The position numbers and the translations under genes are program-made. This document shows, in pieces, positions 41,384 through 49,918 of a stretch of DNA of 64,000 nucleotides. The stretch spans positions 352,001 through 416,000 of the forward strand of contig CAWJSJ010000005.1 in assembly GCA_963845565.1 (NCBI GenBank). The letters run 5' to 3'. The DNA is from an uncultured Methylomirabilota bacterium. GTDB lineage: Bacteria; Methylomirabilota; Methylomirabilia; Methylomirabilales; 2-02-FULL-66-22. Every line of letters begins with the position of its first letter. Within the stretch, counting starts at the first letter, position 1. The notes beneath the pieces were generated by a model that worked only from the letters and a program-made list of their open reading frames with translations, was not told where the DNA came from and did not search any database.

Positions 41384-42624
41384 CGCCGCCCCTTTCGCAG
41401 GTCGCTCAAGCGAGCCGCCAAGGGAGGTAGTGCCTCATCCACGGCTTCCTTTCGCCACAGGATGCGCTCGACTGCTTCGGACGCGATGCGCTCGTACTCG
41501 GCCCAGTAGGGGACGTTCTCGCGAAAGACCCCGTGGCGCATGGCGTCCTGGACCGCCGCGACGTGGGGGCGCATCCAGGGCTCCAGCGCGCCCACCGCAT
41601 CGCCCCGGATGGTCGGCCAGCCCAGGCGCGAGGCCAGTGTTTCCTGGATCTCCCGCGATTGGAGATGGCGGATCAGGCGGAGCGCAAGATCCCGATTGGG
41701 CGCGCCCACGGGAATCCCGAGGACGTCACCCCCGATGACATGCGCTTCCCGGGCCGGGCCGGCCCAACCGCTGTAGGTGCGGATGGCGTGTTTCCCGTAG
41801 TCCCGGATCAACAGGGGGACACCGAAGGGCCAATTCTGGGCCAGATAGGCCGACTCCTGCGCCAGGGCATCGTTGGTTGTGTCCCATTTGGCTCGGCGAG
41901 AGTCCGGCGAAAGGTAGGGCGCCAATTCGCGGAGGAAGTGGAACGTAGCCACCGTGGCGGGATGGCCGAGGTCGAGGGGGTCGCCTCCCGCGGACACGAT
42001 CCACTCGTACAGTTGGGTCACGGTAGGGGCCCCGCCCACCCCCTGGAACAGGACGCGCCCGAGGCCTTCCCGTTCCTTGAAGGTCTTGGCGACGGAGAGG
42101 AGCTCACCCCAGGTCCGCGGCGGCCGGAGCCCGTAGGCGTCGAACTTCGCGCCGTTGTAGTAGGCGATCTGCACGTTGGGTCGGAAGGGCAGGAAGTAGC
42201 GCCGGTCCGCCAGGACGCCTGACGCGGCCAGCGCGGGCAGCACCGCCGCGTCCATGCGCGTCTCGTCCCCCTCCAGCGCCTGCACCAGGCCGGACTCCAC
42301 CAGCTCCTGCAGCCGCATGTTGTCCTGGGCGAAGAGGTCGATCTCCATGCGCCCGGCATCCCGCATCGCCTTGAGTCGCTGGGGGAGGATCTCGGGAGAC
42401 ACGTCGATGGCGCGCACCCGACAGGCGCAGGCCCGCTCGAACGGAGGAAGGACGTCCTGTCGGATGACCCGCCACTCCGCCTCGGCCAGCCGCATGGTCA
42501 CCGTCAGTGTGGGATCGGCGGCTTCCACGGCCGAGACACCGAGCGTGACCGCGAGCGCGCAGAGCGCCAGGCACCGGGCCCTACGCCGTGTCGATACGGC
42601 GCTCCGTGACCTGTCGGATCGCAT
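41380..42624 (-). CDS. Carbohydrate ABC transporter substrate-binding protein
   Basis: Signal peptide, PPRTWGEL, NWP, GGDVLGI; directly upstream of two sugar permeases. Confidence 0.88.
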   Translation of the reverse strand: MRSDRSRSAVSTRRRARCLALCALAVTLGVSAVEAADPTLTVTMRLAEAEWRVIRQDVLPPFERACACRVRAIDVSPEILPQRLKAMRDAGRMEIDLFAQDNMRLQELVESGLVQALEGDETRMDAAVLPALAASGVLADRRYFLPFRPNVQIAYYNGAKFDAYGLRPPRTWGELLSVAKTFKEREGLGRVLFQGVGGAPTVTQLYEWIVSAGGDPLDLGHPATVATFHFLRELAPYLSPDSRRAKWDTTNDALAQESAYLAQNWPFGVPLLIRDYGKHAIRTYSGWAGPAREAHVIGGDVLGIPVGAPNRDLALRLIRHLQSREIQETLASRLGWPTIRGDAVGALEPWMRPHVAAVQDAMRHGVFRENVPYWAEYERIASEAVERILWRKEAVDEALPPLAARLSDLRKGRR

Positions 42625-43126
42625 CGACTCCTCCCGCGGCGCTGGGCCCGTCCTGTCGGCCGCGGCCTATACGCCGACTCCCGCCGGATGGGACCGGGGG
42701 GTCGGCAACGGCCTTCACGCGGACGAACAGCGTGACCGGCTGACCGGCCAGCGGATGGTTGAAGTCCAGCGCCAACCGATTCTCCGTCAGCACGTAGGCC
42801 CGGCAGACTGCGGAGGCGCCGTCCCGGGTCTCGACGCGCAGGGTCGCTCCGTCCTGCACCGGGACGTCGCCCACGGCGCGGGACTGGCGCATCGTCAGGA
42901 CCGCGTCCGGGTCCCAGTCCCCGAAGGCCTCCGCGGGGTTCAGTCGGATGAGCCGCTCGTCCCCCAAGTGCAGACCGATCAGCTTTTCCCCCAGACCGGG
43001 CAGGGCTCTCCACTGACCCACCCGAAGCCGCAAGGGGCCGTTCAGCGCGGACGAATCGACCTGCTCCCCCGAATCCAGCAGGATGTCGTAGTCGAGGCTG
43101 ACGACGCTTCCCCGCTCGATTTTCAC
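42581..43126 (-). CDS. FKBP-type peptidyl-prolyl isomerase, SlyD-like
   Basis: VVSLDY, PAEAFG, LDFNHPLAG; no His-rich tail. Confidence 0.85.
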   Translation of the reverse strand: MKIERGSVVSLDYDILLDSGEQVDSSALNGPLRLRVGQWRALPGLGEKLIGLHLGDERLIRLNPAEAFGDWDPDAVLTMRQSRAVGDVPVQDGATLRVETRDGASAVCRAYVLTENRLALDFNHPLAGQPVTLFVRVKAVADPPVPSGGSRRIGRGRQDGPSAAGGVDAIRQVTERRIDTA

Positions 43127-43572
43127 GGGACACCCCCCTTCTCTCGCTGGGGTGGACTGCGCTCTTCGGTCTCGACCAAGAGGGTGAGCCCCCGGGTGCC
43201 CCGGACGACGATCGGGCTTCCTGCTGCGATCCCCTCACCGTGCGGCGGGAGACACTCCGCCGCCCACAACTCGCCGCCCAGCCGCACATATCCCCCGGGG
43301 GCGAGGGGTTCGGTCGCGACCCCCCGGGCGCCGACGATGGTGTCCGGCCCCGTCCGGGGCGGGGCGAAGGCGTCCCGGAGCAGGGGATACATGGCGACCT
43401 CTTTGATGATCCACAGCGCGAACAGCCCAACCACCCATCTTCGCGGGAGACCGGCCCACGCCTGCAGCAAGAGCAACACGATCCCCGCCAGGAGGATGTC
43501 CGGGACCTGCACGAGCAGGTACGGCCAGAACCCCCTTGGCGCGTACCACGTCATCGTGGTTTTTCGGCCCAT
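43123..43572 (-). CDS. Short NfeD-like membrane protein
   Basis: Two N-terminal hydrophobic helices, then G.VRLGGELWAA OB-fold motif; start uncertain (43572 or 43554). Confidence 0.75.
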   Translation of the reverse strand: MGRKTTMTWYAPRGFWPYLLVQVPDILLAGIVLLLLQAWAGLPRRWVVGLFALWIIKEVAMYPLLRDAFAPPRTGPDTIVGARGVATEPLAPGGYVRLGGELWAAECLPPHGEGIAAGSPIVVRGTRGLTLLVETEERSPPQREKGGVP

Positions 43573-43696
43573 TGCGCGCTGTCGGCGCGGGCGGCGCGGC
43601 GCAGCGCCAGCACGCCGATGAATATCACAGCGTAAAACCCGATCACGGCGAGGATCTCCATGGTCTTCCCTCTCTAGACGCTTCGACGTTCCCCAA

Positions 43697-44365
43697 TTAC
43701 CCGGAACCGTCGAGGTCGGCAAGCGCCTCGACCTCGACGTCATCGAAGAGGACGGCGGCGCCAGGTCCAGCCACTAGGCCCACTCGACCCGGCGCGGGAT
43801 CGTCATCGCGGACACTGCCCAGGAACTTCCCGTTGAAGAAGAGGTTCAGCCATTCCCTCCGCGCCGTCACGCGGAGGACATTCCACATCCCCGGCGCGCG
43901 CGTATCGATGCTGTACCCGGCCCGCACGCTGCGCCAACCGTCCTGCACGCGTTCGACCCAGATCCAGCGCCGGGTGCCGTCCACACGCACGATCAGCATC
44001 GTCGTCGGATCCTGCCACCGCAGGAGGAGCCCGATGGTTTCGAAAGCGTCCAACCCGCCGGCTCTGGCCTTGACGCGCGCGTCCAGGTCAGCGACAGGGG
44101 GACCGGGCGTTAGGATGGCCGAAAGTTCCCATCCCGGCGGGGCCGGTCCTGCCTGGACGAGGACGCGATTCGTTCCGGGCGCCTCGACCCGGATTTCCCA
44201 TCGTCCCGACAGGACTTCCCATCCCTGGGGCACGGCCCCGACTGGTTCGTCGGAAAATCGCCACGGGCGAGTGTCCGCCGTCCAAGCCGTGGAGAAGTAC
44301 AGGGTCACTACGAGCAGAAGAGCGATACCCGCTGGCGTCCCTCGCCACAGTTTGCTCCGTGTCAT
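43697..44365 (-). CDS. Secreted beta-sandwich (DUF1080/ConA-like) domain protein
   Basis: Signal peptide; SGRWEI, GLLLRWQD, WNVLRV, FNGK, GRVGL, FDDVEV pattern. Confidence 0.65.
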   Translation of the reverse strand: MTRSKLWRGTPAGIALLLVVTLYFSTAWTADTRPWRFSDEPVGAVPQGWEVLSGRWEIRVEAPGTNRVLVQAGPAPPGWELSAILTPGPPVADLDARVKARAGGLDAFETIGLLLRWQDPTTMLIVRVDGTRRWIWVERVQDGWRSVRAGYSIDTRAPGMWNVLRVTARREWLNLFFNGKFLGSVRDDDPAPGRVGLVAGPGAAVLFDDVEVEALADLDGSG

Positions 44366-44510
44366 CCGGTATCCCCCGTTGGCCGACCCGACCCGAACCC
44401 TGCTGCGGGGCCGCGCGGAGTGCGACACGCGCGATCCGTCCGGCGCTGTCGCGGCGCGCATGCCCCACGGAGACGGATCATAACCTCACGCCTCGATTAT
44501 GGGGTCCTGG

Positions 44511-44804
44511 TTACTTTGCCGACGCCCGCGCCGGACGCCGGAGCCGGCCGGGATCCTTGCGGCGTCGCGCCGTCACATCCCGGTCTTGTTCGTTCTTCCC
44601 ATCCGCCGATCCAGCCCGGGTGCGTATCGCCCCCACGGCCGCATCGGTGATCCCTGGCGTCTGGGCGATATCCGCCCACTGGCGAATCCCTTTTCAGAGG
44701 GTCCGGTGGCGTACGATCCGGTGGGCCTTGTCCACGCCGATCCGCAGGAGTGTGGCCAACCCCTGCTCTTGGGCAGCATTCGGGTTGAACAACGGCGATT
44801 CCAT
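44511..44804 (-). pseudogene. ComEA-like helix-hairpin-helix protein interrupted by an in-frame TGA (44694-44696)
   Basis: FNPNAAQEQGLATLLRIGVDKAHRIVRHRTL*KGIRQWADIAQTPGIT follows the HhH-HhH pattern across the stop. Confidence 0.6.
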
Positions 44805-44881
44805 CGAGCCCCCCGGGGCGCCTCTTTGCCTTGCCGTCTCCACCGGGCATTGCGTTGCGGGAAGTCGCGCAGCGGAGGCGT

Positions 44882-46819
44882 TCACTGCCCGCGAAGGTCC
44901 GGCGAGTCGGGACTACCCCCAGCCGCCCCCCCATCTATCAGCCCCTCGCCCGCCCGGAGAAAGATTGCGGCTCCCCAGGGGGCCATGTCGATCCGTGCCT
45001 TCCCCCTTCGGGATACACTCAAGGACTCCGGTGTTTTTGGCCCGAACCCTCCGAAGCGCTCTTCGTCGCTGTCCACAACGCGATGCCAGTGCCCCGGCGA
45101 GAGTCTCACCCACACGACCCGGCACTCAGGACTGAAGTTGAGAAGACCGAGCGCCGCCGTGCCGTCGGCACTCCTCCGGAGCAGCGTCAGCACTCGCTCG
45201 TCGTCAAGGCGGGCGAGCAGACGTCGCTTGCCTCCCACCCCCAAGATCGGGTGTCGGCGCCGCAGTTCTAGGAGCCGGTGGTGGTAGTCCCAGAGCCATG
45301 CGTGCGGGGTTCGGGCCTGTAGGTTCCAGGTCAGCTTCGACCGGCAGAAACTGGTCCGGTTCTGAGGATCCGGCACGTCGCCCGTCCAGCCGAACGTCGC
45401 GAACTCCTCGCGGCGACCGCGCGTCACAGCGGCTTGAAGCTCCGCGTCTTGGAAATCGGTGAAAAAGAGGAAGGGTGCCCGCTCTCCGTATTCCTCCCCC
45501 ATGAAGATCAGCGGAACGTACGGGGAAATGAGGAGAGCCGTGGCGGCCAGTTTGCTCTGTTCGAGGTCAACCAAGGTGGAGAGCCGTTCGCCGTGGGCTC
45601 GATTCCCGACTTGGTCGTGGTTCTGGATGCAGACGACGAAGCGCTCGGCCGGAATGTCCTTCGTCGGCGTTCCGTGGGGCCGTCCGCGGTAGAGCGAGTG
45701 CTGTCCGTCGTACACGAAGCCGTCGGAGTATGCCTTGGCCAACTGCTCCGGAAATCCGAAATCCCGATAGTAACCGCTCCGTTCCCCGGTGAGGAGCGTA
45801 TGCACACAGTGGTGGAAATCGTCGGTCCATTGCCCCGCGAGCCCGTAGCCGCCCTTGTGCACGGTGTCGATGACCCGGCGGTCATTCAGATCGCTTTCGG
45901 CGATCACAGGAACGACACGATTCAGGCGACGGGCCGTCCGCCGGACCGCGTCGTTCAGCTCGCGCAAGATATGGAGCGGGCCCGCATCGACGATTCCATG
46001 GACGGCATCCAGCCGAAGGCCGTCGATGCGGTACTCCCGGATCCAGTAGAGGGCATTGGCGATGACGAAGTCACGGACGCCGCGCGCGTCCTCGCCGTCG
46101 TAGTTCACGGCCGCCCCCCAGGGGGTCCGGTACCGGTCGGTGAAGTAGGGGCCGAACTCGGCCAGGTAGTTGCCTTCTGGCCCGAGGTGGTTGTAGACGA
46201 CGTCGAGCACGACGGCCAGGCCGCGAGTGTGACAGGCGTCCACCAGACGCTGGAGACCCACCGGCCCGCCGTATGTACGCTGAGGGGCGAAAAGCCCCAC
46301 GCCGTCGTAGCCCCAGTTTCGCGCTCCGGGAAAGCTCGCCACCGGCATGAGCTCGATGGCGGTGACGCCCAATGCCTGCAGCCGGTCCAGGCGCGGAATG
46401 ACGGCCTCGAAATTGCCTTCCGGCGTGAACGTGCCCACGTGGATCTCGTACAGCACCATCTCTCTGAGCGAAAGGCCGCGCCAGTTGCTGGCCGTCCAGG
46501 TGAACAGGTTCGTATCCACAACCTCCGACGGGCCGTGGACCCCCTCGGGCTGGGCCCGAGACATCGGGTCCGGCCGCTCGCGCTTCCCGTCCAGGAGGTA
46601 GACGTAGCGGGTGCCCGGGCCCAGGCCATCCAGCACGATTTCACACCAACCGTCCAGGGCAGGCGCCATGGCCACGAGCTCGCGCGGCACTGGGTTGACA
46701 ACCCGGAGCGCCACGTTCCGGCAGCGGGGCGCCCAGACCCGAAACCGGACGCGCTCGCCTCCCAGGCACGTCGCGCCCGGGGCGGCGGTCGGCTTCGTGG
46801 GCCGCTTTCCCTGTTGCAC
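44882..46819 (-). CDS. treZ: Malto-oligosyltrehalose trehalohydrolase
   Basis: FRVWAP, RNWGYDGV, DVVYNHLGPEGNY, LRLDAVH, QNHDQVGNRA, FMGEEY. Confidence 0.96.
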   Translation of the reverse strand: MQQGKRPTKPTAAPGATCLGGERVRFRVWAPRCRNVALRVVNPVPRELVAMAPALDGWCEIVLDGLGPGTRYVYLLDGKRERPDPMSRAQPEGVHGPSEVVDTNLFTWTASNWRGLSLREMVLYEIHVGTFTPEGNFEAVIPRLDRLQALGVTAIELMPVASFPGARNWGYDGVGLFAPQRTYGGPVGLQRLVDACHTRGLAVVLDVVYNHLGPEGNYLAEFGPYFTDRYRTPWGAAVNYDGEDARGVRDFVIANALYWIREYRIDGLRLDAVHGIVDAGPLHILRELNDAVRRTARRLNRVVPVIAESDLNDRRVIDTVHKGGYGLAGQWTDDFHHCVHTLLTGERSGYYRDFGFPEQLAKAYSDGFVYDGQHSLYRGRPHGTPTKDIPAERFVVCIQNHDQVGNRAHGERLSTLVDLEQSKLAATALLISPYVPLIFMGEEYGERAPFLFFTDFQDAELQAAVTRGRREEFATFGWTGDVPDPQNRTSFCRSKLTWNLQARTPHAWLWDYHHRLLELRRRHPILGVGGKRRLLARLDDERVLTLLRRSADGTAALGLLNFSPECRVVWVRLSPGHWHRVVDSDEERFGGFGPKTPESLSVSRRGKARIDMAPWGAAIFLRAGEGLIDGGAAGGSPDSPDLRGQ

Positions 46820-46857
46820 TCACATCCTCCGTTTCTCCGGACTGCGTGCTGTCACAC

Positions 46858-47106
46858 TTACTTCTGTGGTCGAATTCGGTGGAGCTCGTCTTCCAGGAAC
46901 TTCCGGGTGGCGGCTTCTTGGCTAGCACGTTCTTCTGCGGCCTTGAGACGTCCTTCCAACTCCGTGATACGATAATTGAGTTCCGAGCGTTGCTCTTGCA
47001 CCTGCTGTTTCAGGTCTGTGATCCGGGTGCCCTAATGCAGGTACCCGATTCCGAGGTCCACCAGGACGGCGACGACGGCCACCAACGAATAGATCCCAGC
47101 GCGCAC
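46858..47106 (-). pseudogene. Small membrane-anchored coiled-coil protein interrupted by an in-frame TAG (47032-47034)
   Basis: GGAGGTGA RBS, GTG start, hydrophobic helix, then GYLH*GTR followed by 57 sense codons rich in Q/E/R/L to TAA. Confidence 0.6.
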
Positions 47107-47239
47107 GCTCTCACCTCCGCGGGCTTCGGCCCGCCGCGGTCAACTCCCACTCGTGGCCGATCCATCCCAGAGCGCGCTATCACGTCACCAACCCGGCGCT
47201 CGCCGAGCCGTGCTCGCCGGCGAAACGCCACAGGGCGGG

Positions 47240-47599
47240 TCAGGCGTCGCCGCAGGCCCTTTCGCGTTTCGCCTGGCAGGACACACACAACGTGGCCGCC
47301 GGCAACGCGTGGAGGCGCCGATGGGGAATGCGGCACCCGCAGGCGCGGCAGATCCCGTATCCGCCTTCCTGCAGTCGGGCTCGCGCTTCGGAGAGCCCGT
47401 GACACTTGTCTTCCAGCCGCTTCCAGACCGCCTCGTTGTGCTGCTCGAGGGAGGCGGTCAGGGCGCGGTCGAGAAAGTGGACGGGAGGGCGCTCGGGATT
47501 GGGCTCGGTTCGCCGTCTCCGCACCAGCGTCGCCACTCGCCGGCGCAACGCGCGTTCCTCGTCCAGGAGTTCATCGAGGGGCAATCGGCGCGGGGGCAT
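47240..47599 (-). CDS. DksA/TraR C4-type zinc finger protein
   Basis: YGICRACGCRIPHRRLHALPAATLCVSCQ; AGGAGG RBS. Confidence 0.88.
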   Translation of the reverse strand: MPPRRLPLDELLDEERALRRRVATLVRRRRTEPNPERPPVHFLDRALTASLEQHNEAVWKRLEDKCHGLSEARARLQEGGYGICRACGCRIPHRRLHALPAATLCVSCQAKRERACGDA

Positions 47600-47789
47600 G
47601 GTGTCCTCCTTTGTGGGCGGCCCACCGCGGAGGCAGCTGGACGGGTCTGTCGGACCCCCCGGCACAGGCGCACGGAAGACCGCGGGCGCATTCGTCACAG
47701 CAATAGACCGGACCGTCGGTGTGGTGTGCCGTCCAGATCGCCCATTCGCCGCAGCCGGAGCACCAGCGGAATTCGCCCGTAGCGTTCAT
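47571..47789 (-). CDS. 72-aa Cys-rich putative metal-binding protein
   Basis: CSGC..YCCDECARGLPCAC; GGAGG RBS; ATG overlaps the upstream receiver stop (ATGA). Confidence 0.65.
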   Translation of the reverse strand: MNATGEFRWCSGCGEWAIWTAHHTDGPVYCCDECARGLPCACAGGSDRPVQLPPRWAAHKGGHHAPAPIAPR

Positions 47790-48232
47790 GCCGAACCTCC
47801 CGGAGTGGAAGGGGACGGTGCAACGAAGTCGTGCGGCTCCAGCGCGCGCCGGATCGCCGCCAGCAGACTTTGTGTGGAGAAGGGTTTGGGGAGGTAGCCG
47901 TAGGCCCCTTTGGTCGCGGCCTCCCGCTCGGTCTCGGCGTCGCCGAAGGCCGTGGTCAGGATGATCGGTGTGTTGGGGCACATCGTCCGCAGGCTGGGGA
48001 GCAGATCCAAGCCGCTGAGGCCGGGCATGTTCTTGTCGAGAAGGACGGCCGCGAAGGGCTGGGCCCGGAGGCGAATCAGGGCCTCCGCCCCGTCGCCCGC
48101 CGCGTCGGTCAGGAATCCTTCACCCGTCAGCGTATCCGTCAGGAATTCTCGCATTTCCGGGTCGTCCTCCACCACCAAGAGCCGTGGGCGCGTGACGGGT
48201 GAGCTTTCGCGCCCGTTTGGTCCGTTCTGCAT
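47786..48232 (-). CDS. Single-domain response regulator, paralogue of 35706-36098
   Basis: LLVVEDD, LLDKNMP, TTAFG, PKPF; AAGGAG RBS. Confidence 0.9.
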   Translation of the reverse strand: MQNGPNGRESSPVTRPRLLVVEDDPEMREFLTDTLTGEGFLTDAAGDGAEALIRLRAQPFAAVLLDKNMPGLSGLDLLPSLRTMCPNTPIILTTAFGDAETEREAATKGAYGYLPKPFSTQSLLAAIRRALEPHDFVAPSPSTPGGSA

Positions 48233-48338
48233 CTGCACGGATCTCCTTTCATGTCGGATCGCCAGATAACGTCGGCCGAGTTCGCCGGAACGTTCCACGG
48301 CATAGAGCGAGACTGAGAACCCTGCGATTGTGCAAGAC

Positions 48339-48354
48339 AGCAAGGAGGGTGCCG
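48339..48354 (-). promoter_or_regulatory. sigma54 promoter heading the trehalose/glucan block
   Basis: Minus strand CGGCACCCTCCTTGCT (GGCAC-N5-TTGCT). Confidence 0.8.
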
Positions 48355-48454
48355 CCCCGTCCGGCGCCAGACGTTTATCTTTGGGAACTCTGAATTGGCG
48401 GGGAGTTGTGGAAGGCGAAGGCGTCCTGCGTACGCCACGCGCAGGGCCGATCCG

Positions 48455-48561
48455 GTGAACACCTGACACGGGCCAGGCACTCTAGTCGCTGCACGGCGTT
48501 ATGGAACTTCCGGGAAACGCGGGGCCGTGTCAATCGGTCTCGGGCGGTGACAGGTTGTCAC
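48455..48561. promoter_or_regulatory. Three 15-bp GTGWCA-N3-TGWCAC-like candidate enhancer sites
   Basis: GTGAACACCTGACAC (48455), GTGTCAATCGGTCTC (48527), GTGACAGGTTGTCAC (48547, perfect 6-bp arms). Confidence 0.6.
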
Positions 48562-49918
48562 TGATCCCGGCTGACCCCTTTCGGCGGTATAGGGTTCGCT
48601 TGCTGACGCCCAAGACGGCCGCGGCCTTGGCCTTGTCGCCGCCGACTTGGCGCAAGACCAGCGCGGTGTATTCGTCCATCAACTGGCGGAGTGTGAGGTG
48701 CGGTGTCAGTTGGGCGAGAATCGAGGCCAGGGATGGGGTCGGCGAGAGGTCGAGCAAGAGCGTGGTGTCGGCAATCTGGCCGTCGATGGTGAGCGTCACC
48801 GCCCGCTCGACCACGTTCTCAAGTTCCCGGGCGTTGCCGGGCCACGGGTGCCGCAGGAGGGCCGCCATGGCCCCGGGCGTGAAGCCGCCGATCTCCTTTC
48901 CCGCGGCGGCGGTGGCGCGATGCAGGAAATGCTCGGCCAGGAGCGGGATGTCCTCGGTCCGTTCGCGCAGTGGCGGCAGATGAAGCGGGATGACGGCGAG
49001 GCGGTAATAGAGGTCCTCCCGGAACACACCCTCGCGAATGCGCCCAAACACATCCCGGTTGGTGGCCGCCACCAACCGAACGTTCAGGGAGATCGCTTCG
49101 TCGCTCCCCAGTGGACGCACGGTCCGGTCCTCGATGACGCGAAGCAGCTTGGCCTGGAGCTCCGGCGCCATGTCCCCGATCTCGTCGAGAAACAGGGTGC
49201 CACCCTCGGCCTCCCGGAAGAGGCCGCGCCGGGATCCGACGGCGCCCGTGAAGGCCCCCTTCACGTGGCCGAACAGCTCGCTCTCCAGGAGGCCGGCGGG
49301 CACGGCGGCACAATTGATCGGCACGAAGGGCCGGTCGGCGCGGGCGCTGTTGAAATGCAGGGCCTTGGCCACCAGCTCCTTGCCCGTGCCACTTTCCCCG
49401 GTGATGAGGACGTTGACGTCTCCCGGGGCTGCCTGGCGGATGCGGGTGAACACGGCCTGCATGGCGGGACTCTTCCCGAGGAGATTGTGCAGTCGGTACC
49501 GACCCGCCACCTCCGCCCGGAGCCGCCGGTTCTCCTCGCGAAGTCGCCGCGCCTCCCCGGCCTTGGCCACCAACAGGCTGATCTCGGCGAGCGCGAACGG
49601 CTTGGTCACGTAGTCGTAGGCGCCTTGCCGAATCGCCTGGATGGCGGTTTCGATCGTCCCGAAGGCAGTGATCAGGATGACGGGGACCTCGCGCTGCGCG
49701 TCGCGGCTGGCTCGGAGGACCTCCATGCCGTCCACATCGGGAAGGCGAAGGTCGGTGAGCACGAGGTCGAACTCCTCCGCCCGCAGCCGGGCGATAGCGT
49801 CCACACCGCGCCCGAGCGACACCACGGCGTGGCCCTCGTGCTGGAGATGCTCGCGCACCAGGTCGAGCATGTCGGGGTCGTCTTCCACCAGCAGGATCCG
49901 ACATCGGTCGGTTGTCAT
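48530..49918 (-). CDS. sigma54-dependent response regulator (NtrC/AtoC family)
   Basis: Receiver (VEDD, LTDLRLP, TKP), GESGTGKE, GAFTGA, WPGNAREL, HTH; ATG overlaps the kinase stop. Confidence 0.95.
   Translation of the reverse strand: MTTDRCRILLVEDDPDMLDLVREHLQHEGHAVVSLGRGVDAIARLRAEEFDLVLTDLRLPDVDGMEVLRASRDAQREVPVILITAFGTIETAIQAIRQGAYDYVTKPFALAEISLLVAKAGEARRLREENRRLRAEVAGRYRLHNLLGKSPAMQAVFTRIRQAAPGDVNVLITGESGTGKELVAKALHFNSARADRPFVPINCAAVPAGLLESELFGHVKGAFTGAVGSRRGLFREAEGGTLFLDEIGDMAPELQAKLLRVIEDRTVRPLGSDEAISLNVRLVAATNRDVFGRIREGVFREDLYYRLAVIPLHLPPLRERTEDIPLLAEHFLHRATAAAGKEIGGFTPGAMAALLRHPWPGNARELENVVERAVTLTIDGQIADTTLLLDLSPTPSLASILAQLTPHLTLRQLMDEYTALVLRQVGGDKAKAAAVLGVSKRTLYRRKGSAGISDNLSPPETD

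Noticed and set aside
44511..47106. Alternative genetic code, selenocysteine or pyrrolysine to explain the internal TGA and TAG
   Set aside because: Many normal genes here end in TGA or TAG, neither site looks catalytic, and frameshifted or truncated genes nearby favour ordinary decay
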